Part shown: one piece after another, positions 29,741 through 39,460 of the stretch
Layout: the number at the start of each line of letters is the position of its first letter
How positions within the stretch are numbered: the first letter of the stretch is position 1
From: Candidatus Poribacteria bacterium
GTDB taxonomy: Bacteria > Poribacteria > WGA-4E > WGA-3G
Assembly: GCA_965205015.1 (NCBI GenBank)
Contig: OZ242029.1
Coordinates: 3,552,001-3,616,000, forward strand
Direction: 5' to 3'
DNA length: 64,000 nucleotides
Notes under the pieces: generated by a model
What the model was told of the DNA's origin: nothing
Seen by the model: only the letters and a program-made list of their open reading frames with translations
Database searches by the model: none
Translations under genes and position numbers: made by a program

Positions 29741-30548
29741 CTGTCATTTTGGCAGCACGAGCGTTTGCTTTGACATCATGGACTCGTACAATGTCGGCGC
29801 CGTGTGCGATTGCCCAACACACAGTCGCGGTTGTTCCTTCAACGCGCTCGGTTACAGGGAGGTCTAAAATGTTACCGATAAATGATTTCCGTGACGTCCC
29901 AATAAGCAGAGGTTTGTGTAACCTTCGGAATTCCGAAAGGCGTTTTAGGATTTCAAGGTTGTGTTCCATCGTTTTGCCAAATCCGATCCCTGGGTCGATA
30001 ATGATACGATCGGCACGAATATCTTGGGATTCGGCGGCCTCGATACGCTTCTGAAGCGAATCACAAATTTCGCTAACGACATCGTCATACTGGGGTGCTT
30101 GTTGCATCGTGCGGGGTGTACCTTTCATGTGCATCAGAATGAGTCCCGCTTCCATTTCTGATACAACCGCTGCCATCGCGGTATCTCCGCGTAACGCTGT
30201 GATGTCATTGATAAGATGGGCACCGGCTTCAAGCGCGTGCCGAGCCACTTCAGCTTTATATGTGTCAACGGAAAGAAGAACATCAAAGGTGTCAACAATA
30301 GCGCGAATGACGGGTAGGATTCGCGCCAATTCTTCATTGATAGACACCGGGGATGCCCCGGGGCGGGATGATTCTCCTCCAATATCAATAAGGGTCGCAC
30401 CTTCCGCCACCATCAGTTCGGCGTGTGCGACCGACTGTTCGACATCAAGATAACACCCACCGTCGGAAAAAGAATCGGGTGTGACGTTCAAGATGCCCAT
30501 TACGTGTGTATGTAACCCTAAAGTGAGCGGTTTGCCACGACAGTTCAT
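29724..30548 (-). CDS. folP: Dihydropteroate synthase
   Basis: MGILNVTPDSFSDGG, DIGGESSRPG, DPGIGFGK, SRKSF, VRVHDV. Confidence 0.97.
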   Translation of the reverse strand: MNCRGKPLTLGLHTHVMGILNVTPDSFSDGGCYLDVEQSVAHAELMVAEGATLIDIGGESSRPGASPVSINEELARILPVIRAIVDTFDVLLSVDTYKAEVARHALEAGAHLINDITALRGDTAMAAVVSEMEAGLILMHMKGTPRTMQQAPQYDDVVSEICDSLQKRIEAAESQDIRADRIIIDPGIGFGKTMEHNLEILKRLSEFRRLHKPLLIGTSRKSFIGNILDLPVTERVEGTTATVCWAIAHGADIVRVHDVKANARAAKMTDALYR

Positions 30549-32467
30549 ACGATTGGTTTCGCGGGCAGTTGTGGCCGGGGTCCGAGGATCTCGTCAATCT
30601 CTTCGGTGACAAGCGTTTCCCGTTCTAAGAGCGCGTCTGCGAGTAACTTTAAGCCTTCAAGATTCGTTTCCAAGATTTCCCGGGCTTTATTATAGCACTC
30701 TGTTACAATATCGTGGACCGCCTTGTCGATTTCAATGGCAGTTTTTTCACTGTAATCCTGATGGACACTTAATTCCTTACCGAGGAAGACCTGTTCGTCG
30801 CGTCTACCGTAGGTCAGGGGTCCCATGTGGCTCATACCCCATTGCGTAACCATTCGGCGTGCGAGACTCGTCGCTTGCTCAAAATCGTTTTGGGCGCCGG
30901 TGGTTTGTTCACCAAATATAATTTCTTCAGCGACTCTGCCACCGAGGGCAAAAATGATGTGCGCAAGGAGACGTTTTTTGCTCATATTATGCCGCTCTTC
31001 GAGAGGGAGTTTCGCCGTTACACCGAGTGCTCTACCGCGTGGAACGATAGTGCACTTGTAGTTTGGATCGCTCTCTGGTACGAAGTGTAGCATAAGTGCG
31101 TGTCCAGCTTCGTGATAAGCCGTAACCCGTCTTTCTTCCTCACTGATGACGAGACTACGTCGTTCGGGACCCATAAGCACACGGTCTTTGGCGTCGTCAA
31201 AGCACATCATGTCGATTTCTTCTTTGTCACATCTTGCGGCAAGTAGGGCAGCTTCGTTCGCCATATTCTCAAGGTCTGCGCCAGAGAACCCCGGTGTTGC
31301 CTTTGCTAATATCTCCAAATTGACATTGTCAGCAAGTTTATAAGGCTCTTTCGTATGGACCTTGAGTATTGCTTCTCTACCCCGAACGTCGGGTAAGTCA
31401 ACAACGATCTGCCGGTCAAATCGACCGGGGCGGAGGAGCGCGGGATCTAAAACATCAGGACGGTTCGTCGCTGCGATGAGTATTACACCTTCGGATGCCT
31501 CAAAACCCTGCATCTCCACGAGGAGCTGGTTTAAGGTTTGCTCGCGTTCATCGTGCCCACCGCCAATACCTGCGCCGCGGTGTCTACCGACGGCATCTAA
31601 CTCATCAATAAAGATAATACAAGGGGCATTCTTCTTTCCAGTTTCAAACAGGTCTCTGACACGGGAGGCACCTACGCCGACAAACATTTCGACGAAGTCG
31701 GAACCGCTGATACTATAGAACGGGACATCCGCCTCACCCGCAACGGCTTGTGCAAGCATTGTTTTACCGGTTCCTGGCGGTCCCATAAGGAGGACCCCTT
31801 TAGGGATTTTACCACCAAGGCGCTCAAACTTTTTGGGTGCCTTTAGAAATTCGATAACTTCCTCAAGTGCTTCCTTCGCCTCATCAACACCCGCGACATC
31901 TTCAAATGTCACTTTCGTTTGGTTTTCAGAGTGAAGCCTGGCACGGCTTTTGCCAAAAGACAAGGCTCGATTCCCGCTGCCTTGCATCTGACGCGACAGG
32001 AAAATCATCAATCCTAAGAAAATAAGTAGGGGTACAACAGTTGTCCCAAAAATCAGCAAACCTTGTGGGAATTTAGAGGGCGGCTTGACGTTATAGTTAA
32101 TTTGGTTCTCGTCAAGTTTCGCTTGGATATCATAATCATCGATTGCATCGCGGCTGGCTCTAAATTCGCCCTGCCATTTTGGTGGAAGATGTGTTTCTTG
32201 CTCTTCAAGGTCCACGCTCTCCAGAATCTCGGCGCGGATTTCATTGAGTCTATTTTTATTGAACTGTCCTTCAACCCATTCTTCATCTAAAACCAGATAC
32301 CCTTCGAACAGGGATGAACCGCGTGTTATGTATTGATGAAAATCAGAGGTCGCGAGTTGATAAACTGGGTCTCTGCGGTTGAATAGTTGGTAAATGCCGA
32401 GGACGACGAGTCCGGCAACAACTACCCACCAAATCACCATGCTTCTTGTATTTTTATTCACAGCCAA
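30545..32467 (-). CDS. ftsH: ATP-dependent zinc metalloprotease FtsH
   Basis: Two TMs; GPPGTGKT; FIDELD; HEAGH; canonical ftsH-folP order; TTG start. Confidence 0.97.
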   Translation of the reverse strand: MAVNKNTRSMVIWWVVVAGLVVLGIYQLFNRRDPVYQLATSDFHQYITRGSSLFEGYLVLDEEWVEGQFNKNRLNEIRAEILESVDLEEQETHLPPKWQGEFRASRDAIDDYDIQAKLDENQINYNVKPPSKFPQGLLIFGTTVVPLLIFLGLMIFLSRQMQGSGNRALSFGKSRARLHSENQTKVTFEDVAGVDEAKEALEEVIEFLKAPKKFERLGGKIPKGVLLMGPPGTGKTMLAQAVAGEADVPFYSISGSDFVEMFVGVGASRVRDLFETGKKNAPCIIFIDELDAVGRHRGAGIGGGHDEREQTLNQLLVEMQGFEASEGVILIAATNRPDVLDPALLRPGRFDRQIVVDLPDVRGREAILKVHTKEPYKLADNVNLEILAKATPGFSGADLENMANEAALLAARCDKEEIDMMCFDDAKDRVLMGPERRSLVISEEERRVTAYHEAGHALMLHFVPESDPNYKCTIVPRGRALGVTAKLPLEERHNMSKKRLLAHIIFALGGRVAEEIIFGEQTTGAQNDFEQATSLARRMVTQWGMSHMGPLTYGRRDEQVFLGKELSVHQDYSEKTAIEIDKAVHDIVTECYNKAREILETNLEGLKLLADALLERETLVTEEIDEILGPRPQLPAKPIV

Positions 32468-32857
32468 TTGCCTCTCTGTTAAATTCTGAGCACTGACAAC
32501 AAATTGATTTCAAAACGTATTTAAAGTTTATCAAAAAGTGCTTAGTTTAAAAGTATAACAGATTTTTTCCCAAATTTCAACTGAATTTACAAAAAACGTC
32601 TATTTCTGCATCTCAAATCTGTTGATGCGAGTTTTAATTGGATAAATAATTGTGTTTAAGGTATACTATAATTATGAAGAAATAGGAAATAGATACAACA
32701 AAATATTGAGAACTGCGTTGGGATGTTTACGGAATGATCCAGCGCGGTCATAACAGAATAGATTAAAATTTTCCGTATAAAGCGCAAAATAGTGTGCCTT
32801 GAAATCCAACCGGACATAAAATCCAACCCTACAGGCTATCCTGGAAAGGAGGAGTTT

Positions 32858-33568
32858 ATGAATTTTAACAAACAGATACTTGCGACAATTATCCTTTTGC
32901 TGGCTACGGTACCTCATGTATTAGGGCATGTCACGGGTCGGAACCTTCAAAATTTTCAATATAATGCTGATCTCGCGCCGGTTGCACCTATTGTAGATGG
33001 ATACCTTGACGATCCGGCTTGGGAAAGGATGATTCCCGGGAAACTCGAACAGGACTTAATGAGTGGAGACCGCTGGAGCGAATCGCCCGATTTTACAGGG
33101 ACCTTCGCAGCCGTGTGGCGAAACGGTTTCCTCTATATAGGGGTTAAATTAATCGACGACCAACTGGAAAACCGACAACGGAAGCTGCTGCGTGAGGATC
33201 ATCTCATCGTTTACGTGGATCCACATCATTCAGGACGCATGGAAGACCTCTACCGTTTTAATATCCCAATTGAAAAGGAAATGGGCACACTAAAATCACC
33301 ATTGACGCGAGTCGCGTGGGGAAACGATGGACAGACATGTGAGTTAAGTTTCCGCCTCGACAATCTCGCAAGGAAGGGGAATAGTATCGGGTTCTTCATC
33401 GCCTATAACGATGTTGATAGCGGTCATCTTCAACATAAAATCGCTTGGGCGCCAGAGGGGTACACTGAGGAAAACCGTGATCTTCCTGATCTCGCCTTCA
33501 CTGCGAGGATTGAACCGACTCGGCAACAAAAATTAATCCAGTGGGGACGTATCAAAAGTCTCTATTAG
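32858..33568 (+). CDS. Secreted CBM9/DOMON-like sugar-binding protein with C-terminal WGxIK motif
   Basis: SD GGAGGAG before ATG 32858; signal peptide; PIVDGYLDDPAW, YNDVD; ends KLIQWGRIKSLY. Confidence 0.75.
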   Translation: MNFNKQILATIILLLATVPHVLGHVTGRNLQNFQYNADLAPVAPIVDGYLDDPAWERMIPGKLEQDLMSGDRWSESPDFTGTFAAVWRNGFLYIGVKLIDDQLENRQRKLLREDHLIVYVDPHHSGRMEDLYRFNIPIEKEMGTLKSPLTRVAWGNDGQTCELSFRLDNLARKGNSIGFFIAYNDVDSGHLQHKIAWAPEGYTEENRDLPDLAFTARIEPTRQQKLIQWGRIKSLY

Positions 33569-33578
33569 TCTGCAACTA

Positions 33579-33607
33579 TAGGGCGAGGTGTGAAAACCTC
33601 GCCCTAC
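33579..33607. repeat. GTAG-type REP-like palindrome
   Basis: Minus strand GTAGGGCGAGG-TTTTCACA-CCTCGCCCTA. Confidence 0.7.
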
Positions 33608-33645
33608 GGTTCAATGAAACACCCCTACGTAGCGCTGGAGAATTC

Positions 33646-33828
33646 GTGTATTATATCGGTAAAACTTTGGAATTGATGGGCATCGCCTGTTTAGGCGCAG
33701 GACTCTACTTAGGCTGCGTCAATCCGTATGGTTACAGTGAATCCAAAGCAATGGGCGTTGAGATGGGTTTCCTAACGCTCGGTGTTTTGGTTTTTTTTGT
33801 CGGCAGACTCATTGAAAAACGGCAATGA
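33646..33828 (+). CDS. Small two-TM membrane protein (about 60 aa)
   Basis: GGAG SD then GTG at 33646; two hydrophobic segments. Confidence 0.6.
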   Translation: MYYIGKTLELMGIACLGAGLYLGCVNPYGYSESKAMGVEMGFLTLGVLVFFVGRLIEKRQ

Positions 33829-33847
33829 GGATTGACCTCTGTCCTTA

Positions 33848-34735
33848 TCAGAGCTGCGTAATGGCAATACCTTGTTCGCCTGCAACCGAATAGAGGAGCC
33901 ACGTTTTTCCATCTTCACAGTAGATCGCTGGATCGCGAAGTTGATGCACGGGTTTCCGATCCAACCCACCTGTCGACGGTTTAATCGGTAGATCCACCCC
34001 CTCAAAATCGTACTTTGGCGCGAGCACCTCTGTTGGTGCAGAGGGATGCCAATCGTTCCAATCGTCTGTCAATTGTACAGTGCTTTTAAGGATGCGCTCT
34101 GGGGTATCTCCGTAGAGTGAGTAATAGATGGTTAAGGTATCCCCTTCAAGATGGTTTGCTGTATGTCGTGGGAAACCTGTGTTGTCCTTAGCCGATTTAC
34201 GTGGGAAGAGCGGCGTGTCTCGCTGAATGAACCTTGCTGTAAATTCCGGTGTTTCCGCACGGCTTATCCAGCCGTGATGTGTCGCGTAGGGGTGTCCCTT
34301 CCACCAAAAGACGCGAAGATAGGCTCCGTTTCGTTTGTCCAGTGTATCTGTAGCCTTGTAGTCTACGCCGCCCGCAGAGGTTGCCCAAGAGCTTGCCTGT
34401 CCTCTGCCGTAGGTTCCGTGAAAATACATAAAGAAACGGCGATTTTCTTCATCTATGTGGACATCCGGAGAAGCGATGTGGTCGCGGTCCCGAAATACGG
34501 TAGTGTCCCGATGCAACGACCCGGGAAAATAGAGGGTGTAAGGACCTTCAAGGGCATCGGCATACGCCATTCGTATATAGGCACCGCGATGATGTGCGAA
34601 GTAGAGATAGTATTTCCCTAAGGGCCGTTCTACCCACTCCGGCACGCGAACGAGTGAGGGTCCATTGACATTCGAGAAGCCGTGTTCCCAGTCAAGGTCG
34701 CGCATGTCGGGATCAATCAGTAGTGTTCGTTTCAT
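33848..34735 (-). CDS. Five-bladed beta-propeller glycoside-hydrolase-like protein (GH43/32 clan)
   Basis: NVNGPS, YYLYFAHH, HIASPDV, LRDPAI, LLYSVAGE. Confidence 0.7.
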   Translation of the reverse strand: MKRTLLIDPDMRDLDWEHGFSNVNGPSLVRVPEWVERPLGKYYLYFAHHRGAYIRMAYADALEGPYTLYFPGSLHRDTTVFRDRDHIASPDVHIDEENRRFFMYFHGTYGRGQASSWATSAGGVDYKATDTLDKRNGAYLRVFWWKGHPYATHHGWISRAETPEFTARFIQRDTPLFPRKSAKDNTGFPRHTANHLEGDTLTIYYSLYGDTPERILKSTVQLTDDWNDWHPSAPTEVLAPKYDFEGVDLPIKPSTGGLDRKPVHQLRDPAIYCEDGKTWLLYSVAGEQGIAITQL

Positions 34736-34746
34736 ATTTCTCCTCT

Positions 34747-35568
34747 CTAATCGTGGGTCTGAAACCGGTATACCTCTTGTGCGTCTTCAGACATGTTGTT
34801 CCATATCTCTTTTGGAATCCGTGCCCCAAAGATTCCCGGGGCGTTGGGGGAATGGTGAAACCTTCGAAAGTAGACGAGTGCGAGCATGTGCCGGACAATA
34901 TCCTTTGTCCGATTCGGCATTGCCCGATGCCAGCATCGCATATCACGCACGACGACTGAACCGGCAGGCATTTCTAACTGAAATGATGGGTAATTTGCCG
35001 CGCGCGCTTCCTCACAGACGTTGTAAGGTGTGTTGCGTACCGGCTCATCATCAACGATGAGATGGGAACCGGGCCACACCTCTGTCGCGCCGTTCTCTAT
35101 TGTGAAATCAACGAGCGGAATGTTAACGACGATCGTTGAAACGGGCAGTGCGAACGGAAGTTCCGGAAAGAGTTGTCCCGAATCTCGGTGAATCCACTGG
35201 ATTTCGTTACCGGGACGAGTTGAGTTGCAACCGTAAGGCAGATAGGCGAACACCTGTTCGCCCATTGCGGCTTTCAGGAGTGGCATTGCGAAGGGGTTAT
35301 CGATGATGCGGGGATCCATGAACGGCATCTTTAGCATTGGGTGCTCACCCTCATGACCGTTCTCCTCATTGCTAAGCACAGTTTCCATGGCGACGTTAAG
35401 TTCCGCTATCCAATCCCGTGGAAGCACGCTTTCAATAACGACCAATCCTGCCTCGCGCAACAGACGCTCGCCTGCCTCGATGCTTTCTGGCGTGAGTGTA
35501 TTTTCAGCACGTTCCTGCTCGGAAATCTCAAGAACGGGGATATTTACTGTTTTTCCTATAGTTGTCAT
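34747..35568 (-). CDS. Phytanoyl-CoA dioxygenase (PhyH)-family Fe(II)/2OG enzyme
   Basis: QWIHRD, ENGATEVWPGSH, WHRAMPN..R. Confidence 0.88.
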   Translation of the reverse strand: MTTIGKTVNIPVLEISEQERAENTLTPESIEAGERLLREAGLVVIESVLPRDWIAELNVAMETVLSNEENGHEGEHPMLKMPFMDPRIIDNPFAMPLLKAAMGEQVFAYLPYGCNSTRPGNEIQWIHRDSGQLFPELPFALPVSTIVVNIPLVDFTIENGATEVWPGSHLIVDDEPVRNTPYNVCEEARAANYPSFQLEMPAGSVVVRDMRCWHRAMPNRTKDIVRHMLALVYFRRFHHSPNAPGIFGARIPKEIWNNMSEDAQEVYRFQTHD

Positions 35569-35589
35569 TTTCTCAATCCGCCTTTCTGA

Positions 35590-36327
35590 TTAGTTTCGTA
35601 GAAATTTTAACTCCATTCGAATTGCTTGACGAACCCGCTCACATACGTCCATTGCTTGGGATGCGTCGCCATTTGTTAATTTACTGGGATAGCGGAGGTC
35701 TACTTCACGTTCGGAAAGTGTTAAAAAATCAACGCGCCACGCGTGCCACGCTGGAATCGTTGGGACAATCAAATCCAGCAAACTTTCTAAACCGTGCGTT
35801 TTTGAAAAACAGATGTTCGCCTCTTGGAGCCAGGCCTTTAGGTGTTTTTTTATACACTGTTGGGCGTGGAAGCAGATCCTATAGAAATCGGGTGCCTCTG
35901 CCTGCTGATGCAATGCTATCGCAGCATAATCGCCTTCAGCTTTCCGTACCCATTCAAGCGTTAATGGATTAATAGACGCGTTCTCTGTTTCCAAGATTTT
36001 CGTGAGGATGTTGTCAGGACCATAAAGCACTTCTCCTTTTTCCGTGATTTCTCGGAGAAACCAATCGTTGTATGAGGTACGGTAGGCGATTTCCTCTGGC
36101 GACCGCACGAGCACATCCATAGGGAAACGGCGCGGAATGCGCTGACGAATTTCCACGCTGTGACGGCGGGTTTCTGATTCCGGAATGTCCATGACGACCA
36201 GCAGATCAACGTCTGAATCTTCTGTCGGCGTTCCATAAGCATAGGATCCAAAGAGTATAACCTGTAGTGGTGTGAATTCACGAACGATGTCATCACACGT
36301 TGCTTGAATGTCCTCGCGAGTAACCAT
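35590..36327 (-). CDS. Fused minimal nucleotidyltransferase (MNT) + HEPN protein
   Basis: LFGSYAYG...DSDVDLLV; HEPN-like CFHAQQ..K.LKA, KTH.L, RYP. Confidence 0.85.
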   Translation of the reverse strand: MVTREDIQATCDDIVREFTPLQVILFGSYAYGTPTEDSDVDLLVVMDIPESETRRHSVEIRQRIPRRFPMDVLVRSPEEIAYRTSYNDWFLREITEKGEVLYGPDNILTKILETENASINPLTLEWVRKAEGDYAAIALHQQAEAPDFYRICFHAQQCIKKHLKAWLQEANICFSKTHGLESLLDLIVPTIPAWHAWRVDFLTLSEREVDLRYPSKLTNGDASQAMDVCERVRQAIRMELKFLRN

Positions 36328-36428
36328 CTGCCCTACCTCCTATTTTCTGAAAGTATAACATAAAATGTGAAGTCAGTCAAGATTCATTGCTACATGAAAG
36401 ATAAACAGGTCCAAATGAGAAAAAATTG

Positions 36429-36457
36429 TTGTTTTCTCCTGCGAATTTGTATAAAAT
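36429..36457 (+). promoter_or_regulatory. Putative sigma70 promoter
   Basis: TTGTTT-17 bp-TAAAAT, preceded by the same A-tract-TTG as the promoter at 39086. Confidence 0.45.
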
Positions 36458-36528
36458 AAAGCAAACTTTCAAGCTACACCTGATTAGGTTTAGTTTCAGA
36501 ATCACATTTATAGGTAAAGGAGCGTGCG

Positions 36529-37317
36529 ATGACACCTGAAGTCGCTTTACAAAAACGGGAGCAGATGATCGAAGAGGGGTTCTGCGTTGTTGATGATGTT
36601 CTGACGGAGGAATTTCTACAGGAACTCCGAGACGAGTCGGAACGGCTTATCGCAGGACACGTGGAACCCGAGGATGTTATCTATCAAGGACAGCACGTCA
36701 ACGTCCGCGGTGAGGATAACACGCATATTCAAAAATTGCTGGAATGGCAACCCTCACGTGAGGCACTTGAACAAATCGGATTCGGAGATTTCGTCTCATC
36801 CGGCGGGATCATTATTCTGACGAAGGAGTCAGAGGGACCCCCGCTCTATTGGCATCAAGATTGGATGCGCTGGAACGATCCGCTGAGTTGCGCCCCATGG
36901 CCACAAACGATTTTCCTTAATTATTATCTCACAGATACGAATCGGGAAAACGGTTGTTTAAAGGTCATTCCGGGAACACACCGCAAGCGCATCGATTTAC
37001 ACGATATATTGGTGCCAGCACATGAGCAGGGCGCGCGGTTTATTGATGAAGAGCATCCTATCATGTTTAGTGATCACCCGGATCAAGTCGATGTCTGTGC
37101 GAAAGCGGGTTCGTTGGTAATGGCAGATGCGCGTATTTTACACTCCGCCCACAAAAACCTTACCGATGTTCGACGCACGTTAATTCTCGCGTGGCATAGT
37201 CGTCCGAATACTGTGCCAGACTATTGGGATAGAGAAATCCCGGAAATCATTGCGAATCGCGACGAAGACGCGAATTATCCCATGTCTCGTATCCCTGGTG
37301 ATCTCTTACAGTCATAA
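36529..37317 (+). CDS. PhyH-family Fe(II)/2OG dioxygenase
   Basis: WHQD, ENGCLKVIPGTH, LHSAHKN..R. Confidence 0.88.
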   Translation: MTPEVALQKREQMIEEGFCVVDDVLTEEFLQELRDESERLIAGHVEPEDVIYQGQHVNVRGEDNTHIQKLLEWQPSREALEQIGFGDFVSSGGIIILTKESEGPPLYWHQDWMRWNDPLSCAPWPQTIFLNYYLTDTNRENGCLKVIPGTHRKRIDLHDILVPAHEQGARFIDEEHPIMFSDHPDQVDVCAKAGSLVMADARILHSAHKNLTDVRRTLILAWHSRPNTVPDYWDREIPEIIANRDEDANYPMSRIPGDLLQS

Positions 37318-37350
37318 CGCAGCGCGGTATCTTTAAGATATGGAGCAGAA

Positions 37351-38109
37351 ATGATTCCAATTGACCTTTCCAATAGAGTCGCGGTGATTACTGGCGGTTC
37401 AGGCGCATTGGGACGCGTGATGGTAAGGACCTTGGCAGAAGCGGGTGCGGATATTGCGATCTGCTACTACCGGGACCAAGAGACAGCCCACCTGCTACAG
37501 GACGAAATTACCGCCAAAGGTGTCCGGGCAGCCGTGGTACAGGCGGATGTCACGGATCAGGCGTCGATAAATGCTATGCGTGATGTCGTCTCAGAACAAC
37601 TCGGTTCGGCAGATATCATCGTCAATAATGCCGTCATTCAGTATAACTGGACTTCGGTTTTAGAACAGTCCGCTGCGGACTATGAGAGCCAGTTTCAGTC
37701 ATGCGTCCTGCACAATGTATACATGGCACAAGCGTTTGTCCCCGCGATGATCGCATCGGGATGGGGACGGGTCGTCAGCATTAATACAGAATGTTCAATG
37801 CAAAACTTTGTAAGACAGAGCGCCTATACATCGGGAAAACGGGGTATGGACGGTGTCTTGCGGGTGCTCGCTAAAGAGGTGGGTGCACACGGTGTTACTG
37901 TCAACCAGGTTGCACCGGGATGGACTGTCAGTGAAAAGAGTGAAGCGAGTGCGTCGGATGAACATTACTGGCGTAACGTCCCGATGCAACGCCGTGGCAC
38001 TGCCCAAGAGATCGCCAACGTCGTGCTTTTTCTGGCATCAGACCTCGCCAGTTACATCACGGGTGCGTATATCCCGGTGTGCGGTGGGAATGTGATGCCG
38101 ACAATTTGA
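37351..38109 (+). CDS. Short-chain dehydrogenase/reductase
   Basis: TGGSGALG, VNNA, YTSGK, NQVAPG. Confidence 0.92.
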   Translation: MIPIDLSNRVAVITGGSGALGRVMVRTLAEAGADIAICYYRDQETAHLLQDEITAKGVRAAVVQADVTDQASINAMRDVVSEQLGSADIIVNNAVIQYNWTSVLEQSAADYESQFQSCVLHNVYMAQAFVPAMIASGWGRVVSINTECSMQNFVRQSAYTSGKRGMDGVLRVLAKEVGAHGVTVNQVAPGWTVSEKSEASASDEHYWRNVPMQRRGTAQEIANVVLFLASDLASYITGAYIPVCGGNVMPTI

Positions 38110-38179
38110 AAAATTTATTCAGCAGTCTTGAAGGCAACTGATCATATCCCAAGCCGACCTTGATGCTTAAGAAGGAAAT

Positions 38180-39016
38180 ATGGAACGACATAAACTCGAG
38201 TACGAAGTACTAAACGACCACAATCCGAATGGAGAAACCGGGCAACACTGGGAAATTGAGGTGCATGCTGCCCCTGAAGAATTGCAGACGTTCGCCGAGA
38301 CGGGTTACCTCGTTCGGGAAGGACTCTTTCAGGGACGGGCACTCCAAAAATTGCGGGATGCTCTCGATCGTTTGGAGGAACGTGAATGGAAAAAACGGGA
38401 CAGCGCAATGGCTGGTAAACGGGGATGGGGTTTTATTCCACGTCATTTAATGGATAAAGATGAAGCATTCTTGGAGCTTCTAAAATTCCAACCGACTTTA
38501 ACAATTGCCCGTGCGATGATGGGACCCCTTGTGCGGTTGCGGGGTCTGAGCGCACGCATTACTTATCCGGGTGAGGATCGGGAACACCAAACGCCGTGGC
38601 ACCAACACCTACGGGTCGTATCTAACCCGTTGCCACCGTGGTTTTCACGTCCACACTGCATCGATTGCCTCATCTATCTCGATGATCTGAACGAAGATAC
38701 CGGGGCGGTCGCAGTCGTTCCTGGATCGCATGACTGGTTAGACAAGGCAACACCAAATGTTTATGGACCGGTGGAGGGCGAAATTGAGCTACGTGTGAGA
38801 GCGGGGGGTGGCGTGTTAATCCACGGCAATCTTTGGCACCGAGGTTTACCAACGCTGAACGCCAAACGTCGAATGTTAATCTTAAGTTATACGCCGACAT
38901 GGCTCCGGAAATCGCCACACGGGGGTGCACAACCCGAAGATGGACTAACCCATACCTTCCTTAAAGAGGCAGACTTGGAAGAAAGGATGCTGTTAGGTGT
39001 CGGCGGATATTCCTAA
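38180..39016 (+). CDS. PhyH-family dioxygenase with HxH metal motif
   Basis: PWHQH, YLDD, VPGSH, WHRG..N..R. Confidence 0.85.
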   Translation: MERHKLEYEVLNDHNPNGETGQHWEIEVHAAPEELQTFAETGYLVREGLFQGRALQKLRDALDRLEEREWKKRDSAMAGKRGWGFIPRHLMDKDEAFLELLKFQPTLTIARAMMGPLVRLRGLSARITYPGEDREHQTPWHQHLRVVSNPLPPWFSRPHCIDCLIYLDDLNEDTGAVAVVPGSHDWLDKATPNVYGPVEGEIELRVRAGGGVLIHGNLWHRGLPTLNAKRRMLILSYTPTWLRKSPHGGAQPEDGLTHTFLKEADLEERMLLGVGGYS

Positions 39017-39085
39017 ACCAGACAGATGACTCCCAGACGCGGTGTGACCTTTCGCGATGATGTGGCGAAAGACAGAAAAAAATTG

Positions 39086-39114
39086 TTGTTTTTTTACATT
39101 CTTTATTATATATT
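39086..39114 (+). promoter_or_regulatory. Putative sigma70 promoter of the LamG gene, implying a long leader
   Basis: TTGTTT-17 bp-TATATT about 350 nt upstream of ATG 39461. Confidence 0.4.
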
Positions 39115-39460
39115 GTTATCAGTGGATGTTGACCGCGTGAGATGCAATGGACATCTCAAATTGTAGAGTGTCGTACAATGGTTATATCCATGAGAACACT
39201 TTTTTAGCAATCTGATCTGTGGCAGGATAGAAACACTATAAAGGTATTCTCATGGTTTTGAAAGCAGTTTCCAGGCATTTATAGCACCTTGGATGATTGC
39301 AACCGGAACTCGGGGCATTCCCAAGGCGCCATTCCTATGTCGCTTTCGTTTATTTAGTCAAATCTATTCGGAAAAAGTTCGCCTTTTCTGCCTTTTGAAA
39401 TATGAACGGCTTTAACGGCACACACTGATGATGTGTGCCTCTTACAGAAGGAGACTCTCA

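Noticed and set aside
32468-32857. AT-rich gap as a replication origin or small gene (81-aa ORF)
   Set aside because: No DnaA-box cluster was seen; it is best explained as divergent promoters for ftsH and the CBM9-like gene.
39115-39460. Cobalamin, TPP or c-di-GMP riboswitch
   Set aside because: The conserved core sequences of these classes were not found by eye; kept only as an unknown structured leader.
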